A stretch of 64,000 nt of DNA, taken from NCBI GenBank assembly GCA_964605015.1, contig CAZSAH010000001.1, forward strand, positions 55,168-119,167, given 5' to 3'. The position numbers and the translations under genes are program-made. This DNA comes from an uncultured Alphaproteobacteria bacterium. Lineage in GTDB: Bacteria > Pseudomonadota > Alphaproteobacteria > UBA9655. Under the pieces are notes generated by a model, which did no database searches, had not been told where the DNA came from, and saw only the letters and a program-made list of their open reading frames with translations. Shown piece by piece: positions 34,842 through 43,493 of the stretch; the first letter of the stretch is position 1, and each line of letters starts with the position of its first letter.

Positions 34842-35747
34842 TTATAATTTTCTAGCAAATAACACCATTTCCCCACTAAGTTGTACAGGGATCTGAATGT
34901 TTTTGAAAAAACTTAAATTTAGAATAGGATTAATAAGTTTGCTTATTTTATATCTTTGCAAACTTATTGCCAGTGAAAACAACCGAAAATAAAGTTTGTG
35001 GTTTCGATTTTGAACAACCTCGAAACCAACATCTTCAAGCATTTTTGTAAGCGTTTTCTTGGAAAAATAATATAAATGCATTCCTTGAAACCACCACCAT
35101 TTTTTTCCAAGTAATTTTGGCAACCAAGCCTCAACGTCACCTGTATAAATAACAAATAATCCCCCTGGAACAAGAGCGTTTGAAATTGAACTCAATTCGG
35201 TTTTAGGATCTTCAAAATGCTCAATCACACCCCATAGAGTTATGACGTCATACTTATTTTTTGCCTCTAATTCATTGAGTGGTTTCTGATACACTTTGTG
35301 TTTCTTTGAAGCAATACTGGCTGCCCAATTTGATAGTTCAATCCCTTCAACTTGAAATGCCTTTTCTGCCGCATCAAGAAATACCCCTGTGGCACAACCA
35401 ATATCAAGAAGTTTGCCCGTATTTTTGTACTTTAAAATCTGTTTCAGTGAATTTTCCGCGGTGAAACGCCGTTGATCTTCAGAGTTCAGATAGGTCTCAT
35501 CGATTGTTTCTGTATAGAACGTTTCCATTTTAGGCATTGGATTTGTAAAAACAAGACCACATTCCTTGCATCGAACGATCTTAAAAGTCTTGCGCGTATC
35601 GACATTAAAATTATAGTCCACAGTTGGCGGATTATCTTTTAATTCATCTTCGTATAAATCATCAAAATGATTTGAGTGACAAAGATTGCAAGGGATAACT
35701 CTTTTTATTACGCTTGATTGATTACTCATAGACAACTCCTCACCCAC
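34842..35747 (-). CDS. Class I SAM-dependent methyltransferase with N-terminal zinc ribbon
   Basis: CNLC...CKECG ribbon, motif I LLDIGCATGVFLDAA, and VITLWGVIEHFEDP. Confidence 0.8.
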   Translation of the reverse strand: MGEELSMSNQSSVIKRVIPCNLCHSNHFDDLYEDELKDNPPTVDYNFNVDTRKTFKIVRCKECGLVFTNPMPKMETFYTETIDETYLNSEDQRRFTAENSLKQILKYKNTGKLLDIGCATGVFLDAAEKAFQVEGIELSNWAASIASKKHKVYQKPLNELEAKNKYDVITLWGVIEHFEDPKTELSSISNALVPGGLFVIYTGDVEAWLPKLLGKKWWWFQGMHLYYFSKKTLTKMLEDVGFEVVQNRNHKLYFRLFSLAISLQRYKISKLINPILNLSFFKNIQIPVQLSGEMVLFARKL

Positions 35748-37173
35748 CCACTAACTTATGGGTATCATTTTTTGATGCAACAACTACAACATATGTAAAT
35801 GCATCCCTAAAACTAAAAGAAAACCTCTCAAGTAAAAACCCTGCCTGATTGAGCAGCTTTTTGATCTGCTTCTTTGATCTTATTTGAGTTGGCTCATCAG
35901 GATGGAGCTTTATTCCCTTTCGCAGAATAGTATTTAACACAAAATGAATAAATCTAAGGGCAAAGACAGAAAGTCCATAGGAAGGTGGCCAAAATAGCAC
36001 TACTTTTCCATCAGGAGTTAACACTCGATTAAATTCTTGCAATATATCCACAATCTCATTTTCCAGGAAATGTTCCATAACCCCTAGATTATAAATGCCG
36101 TCAAAGGTAGAGGGTGGCACTGGAATATCAAATATACTCCCAAGAATTGTCGTGCAATCATCTCCATGAACATCTTTATATTTACAAATTGCTTTACTTG
36201 ATAAATCCAAAGCCGTTACATGTGTATATTTAATGAGATCTACATCTGTTTCTCCACTTCCACACCCTGCATGCAGTAAGCGCGCTCCTTTGGAGAAGTT
36301 TTCTTTAATAAATCTGTTGAGATTGGGCTTTATAAGCTTGTATCTATAAAAACTCGCAACTATATCATAGGCTGCTTTTTCCTTTTTATTACCCCAATAA
36401 TGATCCCATTCATTTTTCGTTTTTTCATTATCAACGCGATTCTCTTTCTTTATTTTTTTTACAACCTTATTTAAGGTAATGGAAAGTTTTAAAAGATGAA
36501 ATACGCCCTTCAAAGCATGCGATAGTTTCATCTTTGAACTTCCATGGATTCTTCGATGCAATATGATAGGAATTTCTAGTATCTTACATCCTAATTGATG
36601 GAGGATCGTTAAGCTTACAAAGAAAAATTCATAATCTGCATTCTTGATAGAGTCGAAATAAGAAGAAGGTATATTCTTTATATTATACAATCTAAGGCCA
36701 CCTGTGGCATCAAATGGCAAATTAAGGAGGCGTTTTGTCAGAAAATGACCAAAATGAGTTACAACTTTACGGAAAGCTGTCCAATGTTGAAGACTTTCCT
36801 TACGATTAAATCGAGTGCCTATAATGATATCATTATCTTTTAAAGACGCTAAAAAGACTTCTATATCTTCTGGGGCATGAGAAAAGTCCGCATCCATCGT
36901 AACAAGTTTTTCATAGCCATGCTGATAGGCGTAATGAATAATTTCTAAATGAGCAGACCCCACACCACTTTTTTCTTTCCGATGAATCACACTTATACAC
37001 TTGTGTTCTTCGGATAATTTGTCAGCGATATCCCCTGTCCCATCTGGAGATCCATCGTCTACGATAAGCACATCCGCTTTAACATTTTGTAGCAACAAAA
37101 TTCTATCGACTAAAGACCTAAGATTTTGTGATTCATTGTAGGTCGGAATTCCAATCAATATTTCATTCTGCAT
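35740..37173 (-). CDS. Fusion protein: GT2 (polyprenyl-phosphate sugar synthase-like) + class I SAM methyltransferase
   Basis: N-terminal half IGIPTYNESQNL...VDDGSPDGT...TMDADFSH (GT-A DxD). C-terminal half RLLHAGCGSGETD...LGVMEHF. The linker contains an A8 tract (36453-36460). Confidence 0.75.
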   Translation of the reverse strand: MQNEILIGIPTYNESQNLRSLVDRILLLQNVKADVLIVDDGSPDGTGDIADKLSEEHKCISVIHRKEKSGVGSAHLEIIHYAYQHGYEKLVTMDADFSHAPEDIEVFLASLKDNDIIIGTRFNRKESLQHWTAFRKVVTHFGHFLTKRLLNLPFDATGGLRLYNIKNIPSSYFDSIKNADYEFFFVSLTILHQLGCKILEIPIILHRRIHGSSKMKLSHALKGVFHLLKLSITLNKVVKKIKKENRVDNEKTKNEWDHYWGNKKEKAAYDIVASFYRYKLIKPNLNRFIKENFSKGARLLHAGCGSGETDVDLIKYTHVTALDLSSKAICKYKDVHGDDCTTILGSIFDIPVPPSTFDGIYNLGVMEHFLENEIVDILQEFNRVLTPDGKVVLFWPPSYGLSVFALRFIHFVLNTILRKGIKLHPDEPTQIRSKKQIKKLLNQAGFLLERFSFSFRDAFTYVVVVASKNDTHKLVGG

Positions 37174-38140
37174 TACGCATCTGCCTTTTTATTTCATTAA
37201 AAACCATTTCTTCAATCATTGTTTCGAATGAATATTGAGGTTTCCATTTTGCTACTCTACAAATTTTTGAAGTATCTCCACAGAGAGGTATATTATGCCC
37301 TTTCTTTTTTATCAAGCTCTTATTTTCTTTGATATAGTCTGAACTTTTTAAATCTAACAAATTAAAAGCTATACTTGCAAAATTTTCGACTGTATGGAGT
37401 TTCCCCGTAGCAATAATAAAATCATCTGGTTGTGCAAGTTGGAGAATGCTGTGCATTGCTTTAACAAAGTCTTTAGCATGCCCCCAATCTACAGCAGCTT
37501 CTAAATTGCCCAACACAAGCTCATGTTGCAGCCCTAATTTTATTTTTACAACGGTTGACACAATCTTTTTTGACAAAAATTTAAGAGATCTTAGAGAGGA
37601 TTCATGATTATATAAGATGCCAACGCTACAAAACAATCCTTTATCCTTACGATAAAGCCTACAAATTTCAACGCCTGTTGCTTTGGTAATTCCATACTGA
37701 CATATGGGGCGAAAAGGAGTTGTTTCTTTTTGGGGGAATTCATCAGGATTTCCAAATAGATGTGAAGAAGCCGCATAAAAAAATTTGGAGAGGGGGGAAA
37801 AAAGCCTTATAGCCTCCAAAAAATTCAATACGCCATGAACATGAACTGATAAGCTGTTAATAAGGCCTTGGTGTATCTCTTCTCGTTGTTCTTCGGACGA
37901 ATGATGCGCAGCCGCTAAATAATAAATCTCGGCGGGCTTATACTCACTTATGATATTTTGAACTTGAGCATAACTCTCTAAAGCGATAGGACCATGAACT
38001 TGTGCCTCGTCGTAGGTTACCCCACTTTTATTGATCCCAATGACATGATATTCATTTTGCTTTAATAGTTGAGTAAGATACGTACCATCTTGGCCTCGAT
38101 CTCCAACAATGAGTGCTGTTTTTGGCTTAAGACGTTCCAT
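37163..38140 (-). CDS. GDP-mannose 4,6-dehydratase-like NAD-dependent epimerase/dehydratase (second copy; possibly a 4-reductase)
   Basis: ALIVGDRGQDGTYLTQLL (Gmd-type GxxGQDGxYL), YGITKATG (YxxxK) and GILYNHES. 325 aa. Confidence 0.7.
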   Translation of the reverse strand: MERLKPKTALIVGDRGQDGTYLTQLLKQNEYHVIGINKSGVTYDEAQVHGPIALESYAQVQNIISEYKPAEIYYLAAAHHSSEEQREEIHQGLINSLSVHVHGVLNFLEAIRLFSPLSKFFYAASSHLFGNPDEFPQKETTPFRPICQYGITKATGVEICRLYRKDKGLFCSVGILYNHESSLRSLKFLSKKIVSTVVKIKLGLQHELVLGNLEAAVDWGHAKDFVKAMHSILQLAQPDDFIIATGKLHTVENFASIAFNLLDLKSSDYIKENKSLIKKKGHNIPLCGDTSKICRVAKWKPQYSFETMIEEMVFNEIKRQMRNAE

Positions 38141-38150
38141 TTCTTAAGCC

Positions 38151-39269
38151 CTAAACAACTTTTTCTCTTGCTCTAAGCTTGAATTTTAGAAACTTAACAA
38201 TTCCTATTTCTTTTAAATCAAGAACGCTTATCCAACTCACAAACCCCGTTACTATTGCAAGAAGAGTGCTTATAGCGTGCTGCAATATGGCATAAGAAAC
38301 GATAAGTTCTTGCGGCAGTCCCGTCGGTCTTAAAACGACTAAAGTAGAAAGATGCAATGTTCCCACATAGCTAGGAGCGGAAGGAACCATAACTGCCAAG
38401 GATGTTGAAAGAATAAGTATAGAAATTTCTCCGATACCGAATTGATAATGAGAGGAAAAATCAAGGGACAAAAATAAAAAGTACAACCATAATCCATTAA
38501 ACATCCACATAACGACCGTATATCCAAAAATATTTAAATATTCTTTCCACGAATACGACAATGTTATGTTCAACAAAACATAATTAAAAAAATGCCGAAA
38601 TATCTTAAAATAAATTTTTTCTGAGCTGTTTTCAGAATTATTAATCCATTTTTCTAATTTTTTTATTTTCTCTTTAAAAATAAAAATAAAAATAAAAAAA
38701 AGCGCACACCCAAGAGATAGAGAAAAAATGGGCATTTTAATCCACCGAGAGATCGGAAAGCTGTATGTTAATATTGTAATGCAAAAAATAAACAAAAGAG
38801 AGAGTAAATCTAAAGCATGCTCATAAACGACGGTTCCAAAAATTGATGTTTTTAAAACTTCTTCTTTTTTAGAAAGAGCAAATACTCTTATAAGATCGCC
38901 TGAGCGAAAAGGAAGGAGCATATTCAACATATTTCCAATAGCCAATGCAACAAAAACATCTCTAAAATTAAAACGAGCAAAAAAGTTTAAAAGAAGTTGC
39001 CATCGCACGGATTTTAATAAAAGACTGAAAAAGAGGCATGCTATTGAAAAAACAAGATACTTGATATTAACAGCGCTTATTATTTGAAAAATTTCAGAAA
39101 AATTTATTTTTCTAAATACGGCAAAAAGGGAGAAGATCGTAATAATGAGCCCTACAAAAAATTTTAAATACTTCACGTTTGTCCCCGAAATCATACAGCT
39201 AACAGTCTTTTGCAGCAATTGAGAAGTGATGTATCTTTTATGGATTAAACTTATTCTTCTGTAAAGCAC
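38151..39269 (-). CDS. UPF0104 / LPG-synthase-TM (flippase-like) family membrane protein
   Basis: About 8 TM helices with a LPFRSGDLIRV motif typical of this family. The start may be internal (Met at 39194). Contains an (ATTTTT)x3 + T8 tract on the sense strand. Confidence 0.6.
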   Translation of the reverse strand: MLYRRISLIHKRYITSQLLQKTVSCMISGTNVKYLKFFVGLIITIFSLFAVFRKINFSEIFQIISAVNIKYLVFSIACLFFSLLLKSVRWQLLLNFFARFNFRDVFVALAIGNMLNMLLPFRSGDLIRVFALSKKEEVLKTSIFGTVVYEHALDLLSLLFIFCITILTYSFPISRWIKMPIFSLSLGCALFFIFIFIFKEKIKKLEKWINNSENSSEKIYFKIFRHFFNYVLLNITLSYSWKEYLNIFGYTVVMWMFNGLWLYFLFLSLDFSSHYQFGIGEISILILSTSLAVMVPSAPSYVGTLHLSTLVVLRPTGLPQELIVSYAILQHAISTLLAIVTGFVSWISVLDLKEIGIVKFLKFKLRAREKVV

Positions 39270-39475
39270 TTTAATGCCACGATAAACGCATTTAAACCAT
39301 AGAGAAAGCCTTGAGGTAAAGTCTTTACACCTCTTATAAACATCCCCAAAATACTATATGGACAGGCAAACTGAGATGGATTAAAATCCTTTATATTCAC
39401 TCAAAAAATAATAAGAAAGGCTTCTTTGTGATAAAACTCTTCTCTCCCCTAAAATGTCAACCTTGCGGATCATGG

Positions 39476-40252
39476 TCAGATCTCCTTCACTTTTTTGACA
39501 ACGAATTGAATAAATTTAATGACGTCTTTTTGTAAATTCATTTCTTTACCATAGCGCCAATCTTCAGCGGTTTGGATGAGGTGATTCCAGTGGGGTCCAA
39601 ATTTACGCTTCACCCAAGTGGCAGAAGCTTTTTTCGTAGAGGTTGTATGACAGGTAGCCGTGTACAAAATACGGCACAGATTTAAGACAATATAAGATTG
39701 GTAGTGGCTATTGCTCAGCCATTCTGGGTCACGCATTTTGGGCTCCCATTCTTGAAACAGATCGCGAATACAAGCGATCCGCACGTCCTCTATATCAATG
39801 GATTTAACGAGTGTTTTAAACTCTGGGCCTATCAAGGGAATGCCATGATTATACAGCAAATATTGGTTGATAATCCACTCGTTCCCATAAGGAGCTTCCG
39901 GGTAGAAGATACCTTCCCCGATATAGGGGCGTGGTGTTTGAGGAGGCTTTATACTGGACAACATGTGTCGAGGGACATAGGAACACTCAATCCGCTTGGC
40001 CCATTTTTTGGTGTCTGTTTCGACCTGAAGATGGATACGCTTAAGAGCTTCTAACTGTTCTAGTGATAGAGGATCATTCACAATGACAACAAGATCGATG
40101 TCGCTATTGTTCGGATCAAAGTCCCCATAGGACAACGATCCGGTGAGATAGACTCCCAGAAGGTTGCCTCCTATGATCGGCAGCATTCCTTGGGTAAGGG
40201 AATTTAACACGTCGTTTACGTCTGGATAGGGGGTGGAATTTTTGTCATTCAT
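39476..40252 (-). CDS. Nucleotidyltransferase-domain protein of the AadA/ANT-like architecture (function unproven)
   Basis: LGVYLTGSLSYGDFDPNNSDIDLVVIV (G-S...D-x-D NTase motif) plus a helical C-terminal domain of about 120 aa, as in aminoglycoside adenylyltransferases. Confidence 0.65.
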   Translation of the reverse strand: MNDKNSTPYPDVNDVLNSLTQGMLPIIGGNLLGVYLTGSLSYGDFDPNNSDIDLVVIVNDPLSLEQLEALKRIHLQVETDTKKWAKRIECSYVPRHMLSSIKPPQTPRPYIGEGIFYPEAPYGNEWIINQYLLYNHGIPLIGPEFKTLVKSIDIEDVRIACIRDLFQEWEPKMRDPEWLSNSHYQSYIVLNLCRILYTATCHTTSTKKASATWVKRKFGPHWNHLIQTAEDWRYGKEMNLQKDVIKFIQFVVKKVKEI

Positions 40253-40554
40253 GTCAAATCTCTCAAAATTCAGGGCTTTTAAGGAAAAAACGGCTGCAAA
40301 CCCGAAGGAGGGTTTTAAGCCTTATGCCCTGTTAGCAGGGCTATCGAGAGAGTATTTGCATGATACGGTCAAACCTATGATTGTTGCGTTCACTTTTAAG
40401 ATAGCATCGTTTTGGGAGAAATCAAGTCCAGAGTGGAACTTTCGAACTCTTCCCACATCTCCAAAACTAACAGTTGAGAGAGGAGGCATTCTCTCTCCTG
40501 CTGAGCAGATTACACCATAAAAAATCGGTCATTCAATTTCATCAATGATTCTTT

Positions 40555-40639
40555 GACGCAAATGGCCAATCATTGTACACAAAAAGTTTGCTTTTCTTCA
40601 AACTGTGGAGTAAACTATAAATATAAAATGGAAAAGTTG
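40555..40639. repeat. ~85-bp direct repeat, copy 1
   Basis: GACGCAAATGGCCAATCATTGTACACAAAAAGTTTGCTTTTCTTCAAACTGTGGAGTAAACTATAAATATAAAATGGAAAAGTTG. Near-identical to 44546-44634 (a 2-nt indel and about 2 substitutions). Contains an AGTTTG/CAAACT hairpin with a T-run on the - strand. Confidence 0.9.
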
Positions 40640-40667
40640 TGAGCATATTCACAACAATCTTCTCAAC

Positions 40668-41387
40668 TTATAAAATATGATAATAAATTTTCATGACATT
40701 TTTTTTAACTTTGGATCTCGTAATTTCTAAGCCTTTTAATTCTTTGAGGCTTTTGACATGGGTCCCCCCACAGGGTGAAAAGGGGAAATCTCCGATGCGT
40801 ATAAGTCGAATAGGTTGATCGCTTGGTACGCTGTAAGTGATGTTGGGGCACAACACTTGCAGTTTCTCTCCAGACACTTGATCCATACTGATGAGCCAAT
40901 CTTTCTCTATGTATTGTTCAATTTCTTTATTAATCGATTCTATTGGAATGTCCTCTAAAGAATTCCTTTTGGTATGGAATTCAACGTAACACTCGTCTGG
41001 GAAATGATGGCCTTTTACAGCACCCCACTGAGGAAAAAGGCTTTCTATGACATTGCTTATTAAATGACCTGATGTATGCAACCTGGCATGGAGAAGACGC
41101 GCTTCTTGATCAAGAAAACAGGTGCCTGTTTGTCCCATTAAATGGCTATAATCTTGATCTGTATAATGTCTAATCTCATTGCCCATAGATTTAACCTTAG
41201 CGATGGGAATGATATGGTCTCCGACCTCAATCCTGCCGTGATCGGAAGGTTGGCCTCCTCCCTGAGGATAAAATAGGGTTTGATTAAGAATCAAAAAATA
41301 CCCATGATCATCTTTGTTGCAAGCGACAATGACCGCGTGATCGTTAAACTTATAGGTGTCGTCAAAATAGAGAAGATGTGTTGTCAT
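40668..41387 (-). CDS. AlaX-like alanyl/threonyl-tRNA editing-domain protein
   Basis: Zinc-binding motifs H-x3-H (HARLHTSGHL) and CGGTHV of the tRNA_SAD / AlaX family. 239 aa. Confidence 0.75.
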   Translation of the reverse strand: MTTHLLYFDDTYKFNDHAVIVACNKDDHGYFLILNQTLFYPQGGGQPSDHGRIEVGDHIIPIAKVKSMGNEIRHYTDQDYSHLMGQTGTCFLDQEARLLHARLHTSGHLISNVIESLFPQWGAVKGHHFPDECYVEFHTKRNSLEDIPIESINKEIEQYIEKDWLISMDQVSGEKLQVLCPNITYSVPSDQPIRLIRIGDFPFSPCGGTHVKSLKELKGLEITRSKVKKNVMKIYYHIL

Positions 41388-41473
41388 GATCCGCTTCCTT
41401 TGTTAAATGTCATTGCAATATACAACTAATTTTATTATAGTCATCCCACATCAAGGTTGCAAGAGGTCAATGC

Positions 41474-42436
41474 ATGAAAAAAGAGTCTATCAATACTCTC
41501 AGAGAAGTCTCCCGTAAATTGATTCGGGAATTGGGGATTCTCCAATTAAACCAACCCCATTTAAAGAAAGCTCCTCAACATTGGCACGCTCTGATTGAGA
41601 TTGCCAAGGAACCAGGGATCACCACATCTCATTTAGGAAATCTGCTGCTTTTATCGGTCTCTTCAACCTCCCGCATTGTAAATGCCTTGATCGACCAAAA
41701 CCTTGTGTTCTTTAAGGAAGGGATGGACAAACGCGAAAAGTATTTACACATCACCAAAAAAGGGCAGCTTGAAGTTGCAAAAATGGATGAGTTTTCGAAT
41801 ACAAAAATAAAGGGAGCCTTTGAATTTTTAACAGAAGAAGAACAAGGTCAGCTCATTTACGCCATTCAAAAATACGGAGAGGCGCTGAAAAAAAGCCGCT
41901 TGGCTCGGGAACAGGTCAAAATTCATACTCTTTCCACCTCTCGGGCGATTCGCAAACAAATTATTGCCATGATCGAACATATTCAAAAGGGGGAATTTTT
42001 ATTGCCAATCACAGATGACATTAATGCCTGTATCTTAAAAGCTGAAGAAGAATTCTATTATAATAATTCCTATAATTTCTGGTATGCAGTGGATAAGAAC
42101 GGAGCCGTTATCGGGAGTATGGGGTTAAAGAAAATAGATAACCAGACAGGGGAAATCAAAAAATTCTTCGTTGCTCAGAACTATCGTGGCAAAGGAGTGG
42201 CCCAGAAGTTAATGAACACGCTCATGAAGGCTGCTTCTAAGCATCATTTTGAGAGCCTTTATCTTGGGACAGTAAGTCGCTTAGAAGCGGCCCAAAGCTT
42301 TTATAAAAAACATGGGTTTTCTCAAATTACAGCACAACAACTTCCCTCAGGATTTGTGATTTGCCCAGTGGACACAGTGTTTTTTAAAATAAGAGTTGAA
42401 GACTTACAGCACAAATTATCTGCGCTTTTGGATTGA
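41474..42436 (+). CDS. Fusion protein: MarR-type winged-helix regulator + GNAT acetyltransferase
   Basis: N-terminal about 140 aa MarR-like (HWHALIEIAKEPGITTSHLGNLLLLSVSSTSRIVNALIDQNLV). C-terminal GNAT motif A FFVAQNYRGKGVAQKLM. Confidence 0.75.
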   Translation: MKKESINTLREVSRKLIRELGILQLNQPHLKKAPQHWHALIEIAKEPGITTSHLGNLLLLSVSSTSRIVNALIDQNLVFFKEGMDKREKYLHITKKGQLEVAKMDEFSNTKIKGAFEFLTEEEQGQLIYAIQKYGEALKKSRLAREQVKIHTLSTSRAIRKQIIAMIEHIQKGEFLLPITDDINACILKAEEEFYYNNSYNFWYAVDKNGAVIGSMGLKKIDNQTGEIKKFFVAQNYRGKGVAQKLMNTLMKAASKHHFESLYLGTVSRLEAAQSFYKKHGFSQITAQQLPSGFVICPVDTVFFKIRVEDLQHKLSALLD

Positions 42437-42470
42437 GGTGCCTTATGAAGTTTTAAAAGGAGACTATAGG

Positions 42471-42905
42471 ATGGATATTCAAATTGGGTCAGAAGAAGAG
42501 CTCAATAAGATCAGTAACTCGCTGTTTGATTTTAACAAGGCTATTGTTGCAGGATTTAACAACCAATCAGAACCTTTTGTAACAATTCGCTATGTGATCA
42601 GAGAAAAAGAAGTTTTAATAGCTGGAATTTTGGGGCAAATTGTAATTAATAATGTTATTTACATAGATGATCTCTTTGTGGATGAGCTCCACAGACGTTA
42701 TGGTTATGCCACAGCTTTGCTTCAAAAACTCGAACAAGAAGCAAAATCCAGAGGGTGTTATCTCGCTTGGTTGTATACACTCAATAGTGAAGCTGTTCCT
42801 TTTTATGAGAAGTCTGGGTATGACGTGTTTGCAAAACTTGAGAATGCGCCTGCGCCAGGAGTCACAACCTTTTATATGAAAAAGCTTTTAAAGGAAGCAA
42901 AATAG
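42471..42905 (+). CDS. GNAT-family N-acetyltransferase
   Basis: LFVDELHRRYGYATALLQKLE motif A. ATG 42471 is preceded by AAAAGGAGA. The track start at 42396 overlaps the upstream gene. Confidence 0.8.
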   Translation: MDIQIGSEEELNKISNSLFDFNKAIVAGFNNQSEPFVTIRYVIREKEVLIAGILGQIVINNVIYIDDLFVDELHRRYGYATALLQKLEQEAKSRGCYLAWLYTLNSEAVPFYEKSGYDVFAKLENAPAPGVTTFYMKKLLKEAK

Positions 42906-43477
42906 TGCCATTAGGAATCCCCCTCAATCCCTTCTATTTCATCCGCCATGGGGAAACGGAGTGGAATCAACGGAATATCATTATGGGAAGCCAGGATATT
43001 CCGTTGAATGAGAGGGGGCTCCGGCAAGCACGTGAAGCGGCAGAGATTTTGAAAAATGAACCCTTTGAGATCATCGTTTCGAGTCCACGCCTAAGGGCTC
43101 AGAAAACAGCTGAAATCATCGCAAAACGGACAAACAAACCGATGCTTCTTGAAGAGGGCCTCGTTGAAATAAACTGGGGAGAGGCCGAAGGAACTTTCCA
43201 TGATCCAACGAAATCTATATTTGATGATACGCAGAGGCCAAAGGGAGCAGAACCCTTTTTTGCTTTTCAAAAACGCATTGTTGAAACGATTTCCTTCGTC
43301 TTACGCATGGGAAAACTCCCCCTGATCGTCTCTCACGGGGGCGTATTTAAGGCATTAACCTACCATATGGGCTACACAGATCTGGGATCATCCAATGGCA
43401 CGCCTTTCTTTTTTAAGCCTCCCCTTGATCCTGCCCATCCTTGGGGGATTTGTCATTTAGGGGAGGGGGACCTTTGA
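42905..43477 (+). CDS. Histidine phosphatase (phosphoglycerate mutase-like) family protein
   Basis: FYFIRHGETEWN (RHG catalytic motif) and a later SHGG motif. GTG start overlapping the upstream stop. Confidence 0.85.
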   Translation: MPLGIPLNPFYFIRHGETEWNQRNIIMGSQDIPLNERGLRQAREAAEILKNEPFEIIVSSPRLRAQKTAEIIAKRTNKPMLLEEGLVEINWGEAEGTFHDPTKSIFDDTQRPKGAEPFFAFQKRIVETISFVLRMGKLPLIVSHGGVFKALTYHMGYTDLGSSNGTPFFFKPPLDPAHPWGICHLGEGDL

Positions 43478-43493
43478 TGGCCAGGAAAATTCT

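Noticed and set aside
39476-40252. Calling the ANT-like gene a bona fide aminoglycoside resistance determinant (aadA)
   Set aside because: Only the fold-level NTase motif and the overall length/architecture are recognisable. Substrate specificity cannot be inferred without a database comparison or an assay.
40233-40520. 95-aa + strand ORF between the ANT-like gene and repeat copy 1
   Set aside because: Its start overlaps the 5' end of the divergent ANT-like gene. It has no RBS, its composition is unremarkable and no motif is present. It is likely non-coding.
40555-40639. Whether the 85-bp direct repeats are integron attC sites
   Set aside because: Only copy 2 ends in a GTTRRRY-like string (GTTGAGT). 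There is no matching RYYYAAC inverse core or extended imperfect palindrome, and no intI in the window.
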